Shown here one piece after another: positions 13,069-23,226 of a stretch of DNA of 64,000 bases. A program made the translations under genes and the position numbers. Origin of the DNA: Macrostomum hystrix. Its lineage: Eukaryota > Animalia > Platyhelminthes. The stretch's first letter is position 1, and every line of letters starts with the position of its first letter. The notes beneath the pieces are model-generated. The model saw only the letters and a list, made by a program, of their open reading frames with translations. It did not search any database and was not told the DNA's origin. The stretch is from NCBI GenBank assembly GCA_950097015.1, contig CATNEN010000039.1, forward strand, positions 10,912,001 to 10,976,000. Reading direction: 5' to 3'.

Positions 13069-14331
13069 TTAGGAGAACTTCAATCTCTTGTTGTAATGTT
13101 CAACGCTCTCCGCTCGTTTGTGACCGGTCACGGCTTGAATCTCGGAAACGCTGACGCCATCCTCCTTCAAGTTGGTTACAACGGAGGCGCGTATGCAATG
13201 ATTGGTGTGCGCACGATTGCTCAGTCCCGCCAGCTCACACAATTTCTTCATGAACTCATTAAGCCAGTGTTTGCCGAGCACAAGGCTCTTGTGATACCAG
13301 AAACCTTCCATGGAAAACACTCGTTCCAGCGGTTTAGGCCACAGACAACCGACGTCATCTGGTATTTTTTCCAGGTATATCTCCATCGCACGAACCGGAC
13401 ACGTATTCGGGTCAGTCGGCGTTTCGGCAAAAATGATAGACTTTCGTGTGGTTGGGTCGTCCGCCGTTACTGTCTTCTCCACACCATCCTTCACCAAGTC
13501 GATATATCGAACTCCATCGCATTCGTCAATCCACACGTCGGCCTTCGTCAATCCCCTCAGCCACTCACGGCCCCTGAAGCCGAATCCATACACGATTTTA
13601 AACAGAACCTCGAATTGTAGACGCGTCGGTGTCGTACGGTCGAAATACACACGTAGCCGATGGAAGTCAGAGTCATCAATTGGACAGTACGTAGACGCAT
13701 TGCCAATAGACGTTTTCTTCCTCAGAGCCGTCATCAGGCATGCCTTGTACGTCCGTTCAAACGACAAAAATTCGGTGTTACCTATAATTCGCACGTTCCT
13801 TGTCTCCAGCACATACCGATGAATAGACGCCCTGAAGCACGCCAGACTTCGGACAGCGTATGGCTTGCCTTCCTGAGTCCTCAGTGACACAAACCACAGC
13901 CGCAAATAGGCACAAAGATAGCGGATCGGCATTGTTTCGATGTTGTCCGGCAGTTTCTGGTCCACCAGATATTTTTTGAAGCGCTTCACATGGAGAGCGG
14001 TTTGATCCGTGGTCGATTTGCGTTTGGCAGCCTCTTCGACGTCTTGCACAGCAGCTTGCTCTTCTTCCGTCAGTTCCCGCAGAAGCTCGGCATTATTCAG
14101 AATGCTTGGATTGGACAATTCTGCGTCAATCAACTCCTGCTGCCTTACGGTCAGACCGGTCCACTGTCTAACTTCTTCACCAGGAACACGGTGTCCAAGT
14201 TGCTGCAGAAACGTTATCTCATTCATTTCTAAACCGCTAATACGAGCGTATCTTTCTCTAGCAGTGATTCCCAGTGAATCATAGTCAATCCAAATTCCTA
14301 AAGCTTTTAAAACCTTCCTTTTTGCACCCAC
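13069..14331 (-). CDS. Crypton/DUF3504-like tyrosine recombinase; stop probably premature
   Basis: Catalytic set present: GFRGRE (R), TNHCIR (HxxR), TGHKRAESVEHY (H...Y). Also G+PY...SL..RASIHRY and CPVRAMEIYLEK. Downstream of the TAA the sequence reads KVNLSRAIS and, after frameshifts, VFENC..ENCTFNIT, suggesting a damaged C-terminal tail. Start codon uncertain (GTG). Confidence 0.85.
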   Translation of the reverse strand: MGAKRKVLKALGIWIDYDSLGITARERYARISGLEMNEITFLQQLGHRVPGEEVRQWTGLTVRQQELIDAELSNPSILNNAELLRELTEEEQAAVQDVEEAAKRKSTTDQTALHVKRFKKYLVDQKLPDNIETMPIRYLCAYLRLWFVSLRTQEGKPYAVRSLACFRASIHRYVLETRNVRIIGNTEFLSFERTYKACLMTALRKKTSIGNASTYCPIDDSDFHRLRVYFDRTTPTRLQFEVLFKIVYGFGFRGREWLRGLTKADVWIDECDGVRYIDLVKDGVEKTVTADDPTTRKSIIFAETPTDPNTCPVRAMEIYLEKIPDDVGCLWPKPLERVFSMEGFWYHKSLVLGKHWLNEFMKKLCELAGLSNRAHTNHCIRASVVTNLKEDGVSVSEIQAVTGHKRAESVEHYNKRLKFS

Positions 14332-14499
14332 CCACCAACAGAAGGAGCTTCAAACTCTATACGGTTTTCAACCATAGACAGTCTCCGCGGACAACGAAAC
14401 CGTCACGAAGCACATAGCTAAAGGCTTTTCAACCATAGACAGTTTCCACGGAGTGAAACCGCGTTGTGCGTCCGCGCTTCAGCCTACCCATAATACTAA

Positions 14500-14634
14500 T
14501 ATAGACTGGCTGATGAGGACTGAAATGAACTGAAATGACGAGGCGCGTAGCGAGGCGCGCGCGTAGAAACCGCGTAGAAACCGCGTAGCGCCTCGTCATT
14601 TCAGTTCATTTCAGTCCTCATCAGCCAGTCTATA
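14500..14634. repeat. Perfect 47-bp-arm inverted repeat (hairpin/cruciform)
   Basis: 14500-14546 is the exact reverse complement of 14588-14634. The 41-nt spacer is made of repeated gcgtag units. Confidence 0.95.
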
Positions 14635-16861
14635 CGAGTATTAATATATTATTCTATACTTCACGCTAGCTACAACACCAATATGGATAGGCTGCTCGGG
14701 CTGAAACGAGGTGAAACGCCTCGGCGCTACGCGCCCCAATGTTTTACCTCGTTTCAGCCCTCTGCAGCATATCAATATTGGTATATTCCACTTGGCTTTC
14801 ACTTGTCTATGTCAGACATAGAATTATCAAACAATTAGCAGTCATTGTCCGACTGTCCGTGTCATGAAGCTTTGAACCGGAAAAAATTCAAACAATAATG
14901 CTTTTTTAGAATAGAACAACAAAGTAAGTTATTAGCGTTTTTGTGGACGATTGCGTCCTCAGCAATTAGTGTTATAAAATGTAGAAAATGTTAAAATAGA
15001 TGCAAATATCTTAATCAGCAGCACAACAGCAATTATTATTTGTTCATAAATTTTACCGCTCCCAGAAACGGGCTGTTCTGACATTCTAGCTTTTCGTCGA
15101 TTGCTATTCTGTCAATAGCGTGTTCAGACCGAGTGGCGTTTTTTATGAGCATCACATTAAGTTTCATTATAAAAGTATGTTTTACAAACTGTCAACTGTT
15201 AGTTTTGAATGAGTGGTTTACTTTTGAGAAAAAGCGATTCATCGTTTAATGTAATTTTGAAAATTAAAACCGTTGTGAAAATATTTCAGGTTAAAAGATT
15301 TACCTGGGCGGAGGTGCAGAGTAACCACGACTGCGGGATGGTGAACTTAATTTAAGCAGCCGATCTCGCCGAATTCGAGCGACAGGTGAGGAGCAGTCTC
15401 TGCAGAATCTGTGGCTCATGCGACTGTCTCACTAGCAGCTTGGCTGTATTTGTACTGCAGCTATACCAATTTTAGACTCTGCTAGAACAACGGCTATGAA
15501 AGCTGGAGAGTTCCTTTTTTAGTCTCTTGAAAATCGATTTCCTGAAGCTCTCAGCCGGAATCTAGAACAATTGAGAGCCAATCCAACTAGCCTGACAGGA
15601 TGCAGGAGTTGGCATCGTTAGTGACCAGGAAGCTATTCAGACCCAGTTGTGGTGCGCTGGCTGGATGAGATCTAATCCAAGCGGTGCGTGAGCAGTCCTG
15701 AGCGGCTTCGCGGAAAGGCAGTTTCCAAAAGTTGTTACTCAAACAAGATCCAGCGGTTCCAACGGAAGTGGCAGGACAGGAAAAGGGGAGAGCTGCTGAA
15801 GCGGCTTTTGAGTAGGGCTCCCTGGCATCAGCTGTAGCTATTGCCGATTGATGAGACCTACTCAGCTCCTGTCAGTTGCCCACTGCTTCAAATATTGGCA
15901 AGCTCGCCCAGGGTGGGGCAGCTGGTCCGTTCTGCGTTACCCTATCACTGATGGCTTGTAAGTATATCCATCTTCTCATTTTCCTACCCCTACTTATGCT
16001 TCTATGTCTGTCTTCCTTCCTTCGTCTCTAACTACTGCTGTCGTTTGTTCAGTCGCCACGCTGGCGGAGGAAGGGGTAGGTAGGGTTGAGAGCGCGGATT
16101 CGAAGCTTTTGGTAGCTCTTGTGCCGTTCCCTCTACTGAGCTAGCACGGCATGCACCTGGCGAAATCCCCGACTAAATCCGGACTCAACCAATGGTAGCT
16201 CCCATGCGTAGTTGCTTAGGGGTCTGAAATTTGACGTCGAGGGAGGTGGTGAGGTGGGCTGAAAGAACGATCGAAAAATGGCGGAGACGAGGGCGCCCCA
16301 GCTGATGGCTTTGTCGAACCGACATTCACGCAGAACTAAGCTTGTATTTTCTTCCCATCCCAATATTTCCCATCTCCAATGCCAGCACTAATCTTCCTTC
16401 TCTTCCTCTCTATCCCTCTCTTTCTTCCCTCGTTCGCTCGCAGACATCAGGTGCAACACAGAGTGCAAATTGGCCCACCGAGTGTTTTAAGGATCTCTCT
16501 CTCGTTGAGTGCGTTTCTGACGCTGAGTCGCGGCCTAGACTGAGACAGGGCGGTGATAGGCGCTGTGGCCAAACGTCTCATCACCCAGCGCCCTATCACT
16601 CATCTCAGAGCAGAGTTAGGCGTTTGAGCAGGCGCTCCGCTGCTAAAGCTAGGCCTTTGCTTGTGTCGATAAAGTTCTCAGAGTACTAAATTGTCCCGCA
16701 GTCAGTCCATCAGGCAGTTAGTTCGAGCGCAATAGTTGTAGATACAACAGAACTCGTGATAAAAAAATGAGCTACTTTTTGCGAAACCTCTAATGCAGAG
16801 ACAATAAATAGCCTATTGTTTTTTAATGAATGAACAATTAAAAATTATTTTACCTGGACCA

Positions 16862-17140
16862 ATCGGGTCGGATGTGTAGTGAACAACACAGCCGCAGCAA
16901 TTGCGTGTCGCATCTGAAGGCTACGTACGGTAGTTCAGTCCATGGACTGTGGATGCCCCACCCACCTCCAATTACCCAAGCTGATGCTGCTACCCTTTTA
17001 AAAGTTGGGTGAACTGAGGCAATACAGAGTTAAGTGTCTTGCTAAAGGACACATATTATTCCAGTGGAGTCGGGAATCAGACCACTGACCTTCAAGACCG
17101 ACACTCTAGTCTAACCACTAGGCTATAGGCTACAACCCCC
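16862..17140 (-). mobile_element. tRNA-derived CORE-type SINE, family A
   Basis: Minus strand: ggggttgtagcc tRNA-like head, then tgtcctttagcaagacacttaactc...cctcagttcaccc, resembling the CORE (MIR) domain. Four other copies in the window. Confidence 0.75.
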
Positions 17141-17529
17141 TTACTAGCTCCCTTACAAGATGATCCCTTCAAATTGCTCGATAACCTGCCATCCAAGCAG
17201 AAGCTCATTTCCAGGAAAGCTCTGCGCAAATTAATGCCAAGCGTGACTTGCAGCAATCAAAGCGCTCTTGCCAGCTGTTGCGGAGCGCCTCAATAGATTG
17301 ACAGCAGCAGCTGATTGTTTTTCTATTATACAGGCAGAAAAAAGTTTTGCATTCCTGCACGCCGGTGGCAGCAGTTGCTGCACGTTGAAAGGCTAAGGTG
17401 AAAATCTTATTACTTTCCGAAAAGTATTAGTTTCGTAATAATTTAGTCCAATTTAATTTAGTCTAATTTAGTTTAATCTAGTCTATAGACTAGATATAAA
17501 TGTCTAGATATCGGATGCTTGTCGCATGT

Positions 17530-17830
17530 CTGTGGACACTGGAACATCATGTTGGTGACAGAGAGGAGGCATTCTGCCCATTCCGCTGATTCCTGAGCAC
17601 ACACACACACATATTGTACGCAGGAACACACGCACAGCGGTGTACATCTGCCCTGACTATCACATCGTCTGCCAGCGCACACTCACTTGGCGGTTGGCCC
17701 TCATAGGCGCAAATTGCACGACAAACCCCAAAGCCTTGTCTCCACGGCTGCGTCCCAAATGAATGTGGCCTCGGCGCGGAATCGACGACAGGGACCTTGG
17801 TGCATTTAACTTAACTCGCGACTGAACAAA
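17530..17830 (-). mobile_element. SINE family B copy
   Basis: Matches 58604-58968 (tcctgagcacacac, gtgtacatctgccctgact, aattgcacgacaa, gggaccttggtgc). Ends approximate. Confidence 0.7.
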
Positions 17831-18657
17831 TTAGCCACCAAGAGGCTTCGTCAACTCTAAGACGAATTCTCTGTAACTGCGGCATGCCGCTGTCAAATTG
17901 AATGCTAAAAGTTGTCTTGAGCGCCTGCCTTGCGTCTTTCACTGCCCTCGTCCTTGCCTGACCGACAAAGGAAATCCATTCCACTGCCTTCTTTCCATGC
18001 AATCTGCTAATCTAATCTGTCCTGTACATTTTTGTCAACCCTCTCCCTAATATGCCTTTACACGAGGGACAGAAATTCAGAAACGGAGGAGAACGGATCA
18101 GGGGTGACTGACACGTACTGCATTCAGCTGTACAGCCTTAAAAAATGTTCTGGCCGGTCTCCCAGGGTTGCGCTGACTGAAATACAAAAGTCCGCTGGCT
18201 TAAGGCCAATCTAATTCGAGATTAAAAAGCTCTCTGGTTGGTTTTGCATTTTCTAGGTTTCCAACGATATTCTCTTGTTTCTCAAGCGCCTGAGATTAGA
18301 TTAGAAGACTGTCAGAAAAAGAAGGAAGTCTATTGTAAAGAATGTCGCTTCTATCAATTCTAAGCTGATTTGCGAGTAGGCACGTTGCTTCGAGAAGAGA
18401 CGGGCTATAAGCTAAATTTAGAGCTCTGGTCGTAGTTTAATTAGGAATAAGAGCCAGAGTGGCACTTGGCTTGAGCTCAGCGTTATTTGAGCTGCCCGCC
18501 AAGTGAGAATAAAAAGTTCAACCAGCGAACTCAAAGACGCTCCGAAGCTCAGCGAGGATAAGTGAATCAACTTTGACGTCAGATAAGAGCTGCCGGCGTA
18601 TCTTCAGAGTCTGCCCTGAAAAAGTTTCATTAAACCCATCTCATAGCCCTATAAAAG

Positions 18658-20612
18658 ATGACCGAGCAGCAGCACTTTGACATCATTCGGCCCTTGGTCA
18701 CTCTAGATCAGGCCGTGAAACTGTGCCTCGAGCTCTACGATTTCAACGCCATTTCCTGCAAAGAGTTGGTTAGCTACGACGACAGGAACTTCCTGGTCAC
18801 TGGCAGCTTCGCAGCTGGTGGCGACAATATCGACGGCGAACAACCAACGGCCAGCTTTGTGCTGAAGATCGCCAACAGTGTTGAGTCGGAAGGTGATATC
18901 CTAGGTAAAAAATGTCTCCAGAGCAGATTTTTCGCTAGACACTTGTTAGATACATTGAGCTCGACTAACATCCACATTAAGAATTTTAAACTATGAAACA
19001 AATCAATTATCTCGAATGCATTATGTTCATCATCAGCAATGTAATGGCTAAGGTTCTTGAAATGGCTAAGGAAAAAGTAAATCAGGAAATCAGGACATTC
19101 CAAGGTCTTTGATCTGAGATCCGCTATGAGGCCACCTAACTTTAAAACCTCGGAGACAAGCTTTTAGAGCCTTTTTCCTATATACGAGTAGAAACTCTGC
19201 GCAGGTGTGCCCACCTGTGTGTGAGCTCTAGGCCAGTGGAATTGACAGTCGCCAAATGTTGCTAACATTACACACAGCCCTGTCGTACAAGAGGGCACTA
19301 TAATTTTATTATTCTTGACTACAAGGAGATTCAAGTCAGCAAATCGTGCAAAAAACACACAGAGCTGCAGTGCCGTCTAATGCAGTCGGCATCCGAAGCC
19401 GGTCTGAAGGTGCAGTCGGTAGTAAAGACCCTGGCCGGAGAAACTGTCGCCAAGCTGATGCTAAACACACCGGCCGACTCGAGCGGTCGCCTGGTGGACC
19501 GGAAGCACGCAGTGCGGATGCTGACTTACCTGCCGGGGACGCCGCTTGGCGAGCGGCCAATGACGGCCGACACTCTGGAGAGCGTAGCCAGGGAGATTGG
19601 TCGGGTCGACTGGCATCTGACGCGTCATTTTCTGATGGACCGGCGAGCGAACGCGGCGGAGCTCAACCTTTGGAGCCTCCTGTCTGCACCGAAATTGGTA
19701 GACTATGTTCAGTACGTCCATGGCGAGGCCAGACAGCGAATGGTGCGCGAGATTGTGGCCCAGTTTAGCTCCGTTGTAGGACAGGCCTCCGAGGGTTCTT
19801 CTTTTACCAAAGGTGAGTCTTGCTAGCGCTCGATTATCTTTGCTAATTTGTTTAAATCAAAAGAGAAACCAAAAGATGATAGGGGGCAACGGGCGTTCTA
19901 ACCAGAAGATTTCTGGAGTTCGAATCGTAGCCGAGGACAAGATTCGTTCCCTTCAGCAAGGCAACTAAGCCCCCAATCGAGTAAATTAATCCAGCTGAAA
20001 CGAACAACCAGCACCAGCATTAACTGGGAGGGTAATTCGTATCCATTGACAGAAAAATGTACATCTGACCTGAATCTGGCCGCAATGAATGCAACTTAGG
20101 TTAATAATTTTTTTGCATACTGTCTTCTAGTAAAACAAAATTAAGCTCTGCTTACCAATTTAGCCTTCATACATGGCGACCCGAACGAGAGCAACATTCT
20201 GGTCGACGGTGAGCCGCCGATGTTCTCAGGTATACTCGACTGGCAGGACTCGCACACGGCCTACGCAGTATTCGACCTGGCCCTACTAATTATGTACACC
20301 AGCTTTGTGAAGGCGAAGGCCGACCCGACTGTGGACCCGTTCCGTCTCGTGGTGCCGCCGCTGGTTCGTGGCTACACGGCCGAGTTTCGCCTCTCCGAGG
20401 CCGAGTTGCGCCACCTGCCGCTGCTGGTTGCCACCCGGTTTGCGCAGTCGCTCACCCTGGGTGCCTACTCCTACGCCAGGGACCCGGGCAACGACTACCT
20501 GCTGACTACGGCGTGCAGCTGGAGTACACTGGACCGCCTGTGGAACGGGCACAAGAATCGGCTGGAGCAGCTCGGCTGTGAGTGGCTTGAGCTTACTCGA
20601 GCTCAGGAGTAA
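18658..20612 (+). CDS. HYKK: Hydroxylysine kinase (AGPHD1, APH/choline kinase fold), copy 1; 3 exons
   Basis: Exons 18658-18904, 19363-19812 and 20164-20612, two GT-AG phase-1 introns. Motifs ELxSYDDRNF, FVLKIxN, VRMLTYLPG, IHGDPNESNILV, GILDWQD, RFAQSLTLGAY and DPGNDYLL. Confidence 0.9.
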
Positions 20613-21178
20613 AGTATGCCGATATGTGAGCAATCTGGACGTGACCGCATCGAGACCGACTAAAAGATCCTGCTCACAAGCAGTTCTTTACTTGCATTGA
20701 GTACTTTAGCAGTCTTCTATAGATGTTTTAATGGCTTCCATGCTGCACTTGCAACAGTTTTTTTGCTGCTTTACGCTAGTATAGTGATCTGATCTGCAAT
20801 TCAAAAATACTGACAGAGTCATAGTTTAGCATTAGTTTGGCTTTAAATATGCGTGCAAACAAATGGCTTTAAATTACTTGCCATCAATACAAAATTATGC
20901 TTTTTGCATTAAACATTTTTTGGAATACTAATACTCCTTTAGTCAAATATATACGAGCGTATTTATCGGACATTAAGTGTAACAACTGTAACACTTCTTC
21001 TCAAGTCAATCTTAAAAAAAATTCTCAAACTCCTAACGCTTTATGCTGGCAAATTTCTGCAGCCGCCTGGAGCTAATTGAAAATGTCCTACTCTAGCTCT
21101 GATGCTCATAATATACGCTCTTAATGTAAATAGTTAGCACCTGACAGTAGGTAGGTTACTACGTTTCCTTGGTACATA

Positions 21179-21445
21179 GGGGGTTGTAGCCCAGTGTACG
21201 AAGTATATAGGTGGAGCCACGAATTTAGTGCCGGGTTTCGATTTCCAACTTTACTGGAACAATTTGTGCCGTTTGGCAAGACACTTAGTTCTGCACAGTT
21301 TCATTTCACACTGCAGCAATTAAATGGGTAGCAGCATCAACTGGGGTAATCGAGCCTGGTGGGTGTGGTGTCCCCCCAGTCCATGGACTAAAGAGCTTTC
21401 AGATGCGTTGCGCGGTAGCTTTAGCTGTTCTGCCCTATCAGGTCA
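21179..21445 (+). mobile_element. CORE-type SINE family A copy
   Basis: ggggttgtagcccagtg head, ggcaagacacttag core, ccagtccatggact...ttcagatgcg tail. Confidence 0.7.
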
Positions 21446-21492
21446 TATGAAATTAATTTTTCATCATAATAGGCCATGCTTGTGCAGCGCTC

Positions 21493-23226
21493 TTTTACTT
21501 AATTGCAGGGGGGCCTGTGGCACTTGACGCACAAGCGCAGGAACGGCATGCCCCCAGGCCGGCGAACTAGGCGGGAGTCGCCCATCGCGCCATCTAGACC
21601 CCTGAACACAGGCACCTCAAACACAGCCGCAAGCCAAGCGGGGAAGGGGGCGGCAGCCGGAGTGCCTCTCACCCCAGGCCCGCACACGCACAGAGCTAAC
21701 CAAACCAGGGGAGGACTTACATGCCTGAAGGGTAGGGACGAGAGGACCAAGCCACGCGCGCAGACGGCTGGTGAAACCTCGCCGCTCAGAGCACGCATGG
21801 CTGGTGCACACCCGCCCCACCCCCCATACAACCATTAGCCAGCCATGGGGCGGTCAGATACAACCAGCTCATGCTGTACTGCACAGCAATGATAGAAAGC
21901 ATAGCTCTGTACGCCTCTGAGGCCTGGGGGGCTTTTGTCTCGTGGAACCTGGGTCCTTGGGACCGCTGTCTTTTTGAAAGAGTAAACATCAGGTGCTGTA
22001 AAGCCATACTACAAGTCAGCCAAAATACGGATGGCAACGGGGCCCGCTCGGAGTTAGGCAGATTGCCTTTATTATACAACATCCAGAAAAGAAGCATTTC
22101 GTACTGGGCCTCCATAACAAGCCGGCCGGACTCCATAATTTCCAAGTTATTGGCGGACCAAACATACAGTGATGTTGGAATCAAAGCAAAGACCAACAAT
22201 GACGTTATGCTGAACTGCAGAGGCATTAGTCCTGCAAAAGCAATTGGAAACCACAGGAAAAATTTCGTTTCTCAGTTCGATACCCATTGGAGACAAAGGA
22301 CACAGAACTCAAGCAAGCTAAGTCACTTCTATTACTCCTTCAAGCAATATTATTCAGCCGAAAAATATTTACAACAAATATACAACCCGGAGTGGAGACG
22401 TACCATAGCCTCGTTTAGACTAGGAAACCATAAGCTAGCTTGCGAAACATTGCGAACTGCGAGACCGAAAATTCCGTATGTAAATAGATCATGTAGTAAG
22501 TGCAAAACAGAAGTTGAAAACGAGGTCCACTTCCTTTTTAAGTGCACTTGGAATAAATATAGCGCAGCACGTTCGAAATTTGAGACGGAAGTTTCTGGGA
22601 AAACCCCCAATTTCATATCCTTAACAGCAGAAGAAAAATCTAACTACATAATGGCTCAAGACGATAGGGAAACCGCTGAAGCTTTAGCAAAATACATCAT
22701 AGAAATATCTAAAATAAGGGAACAGCTGCCCTGAGACTACGAGATCTTACTAGCATTCAACAATAGATATTTCATATTTTGTTTTATCCCTGCCGTCCCT
22801 TGTGTTTTTACTGCTCTTATTTTTAATACCTTTGCTTTCCCTTCCCAGCTCGATATTTGATTCCTACTAAACTTCGCTTTTTATGTTGCTTTTCGCTGTT
22901 CATTTAAATGTGTTGTTAAAAAAAATATAAAAAAAAAAAATCAGCACCCATAGATGGCGTGCGCGTTTTAATAATAATAATAATACAACGCCTCACACCC
23001 GGCCCAGCGCACAAACACAAACACAAACATGCAGGCATGCAGAAGGCAGGAGCGAAGCTATTATTTCAAGCTTCGATTGCACGAAATATGGTGCACCTCC
23101 GCCGGTCGCTACTGTCCAAACCCCCCCAACATGTCCCGAAATTAATCGTGACTTGAAGGGTGAATCGAACTAGCGTCCTTTGGAGTGCGAGGCAGCGACG
23201 TTAGCCGCTGACCCACTCGCCCCCTT
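21493..23226 (-). mobile_element. SINE family C copy interrupted by a LINE fragment
   Basis: 21503-21825 and 22990-23223 match 731-1290. Flanking 13-bp direct repeat ttgtgcagcgctc / ttgtacagcgctc at 21480-21492 and 23227-23239 (1 mismatch). Confidence 0.75.
21833..22982 (+). mobile_element. 5'-truncated non-LTR retrotransposon (post-RT region plus CCHC knuckle and 3' UTR)
   Basis: ORF 21871-22734 with LYASEAWG, ELGRLPL, FRLGNHKL and RSCSKCKTEVENEVHFLFKC. (TAA)n tail. 7-bp TSD atacaac at 21826-21832 and 22983-22989. Confidence 0.85.

Larger units (their letters stand above)
12022..14794 (-). mobile_element. Crypton-type tyrosine-recombinase DNA transposon with nested inverted repeats and hairpins
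   Basis: Outer IR caagcgataatataccaatattgata (from 12022) pairs with tatcaatattggtatattccacttg (to 14794). Inner IR 12555-12632 pairs with 14367-14497. Central recombinase ORF. No TSD seen. Confidence 0.75.

Noticed and set aside
14510-14530. CTGATGA...GAAA resembling a hammerhead ribozyme core
   Set aside because: No credible helix II or III or cleavage triplet; it lies inside a perfect 47-bp stem that would outcompete the fold.
15300-16000. Possible ancient LINE 3' remnant
   Set aside because: Only vague coding-like fragments, with no diagnostic motif, tail or TSD I could confirm.
18658-20612. Aminoglycoside phosphotransferase as a horizontally acquired resistance gene
   Set aside because: Spliceosomal introns and motifs match the ordinary animal HYKK family.
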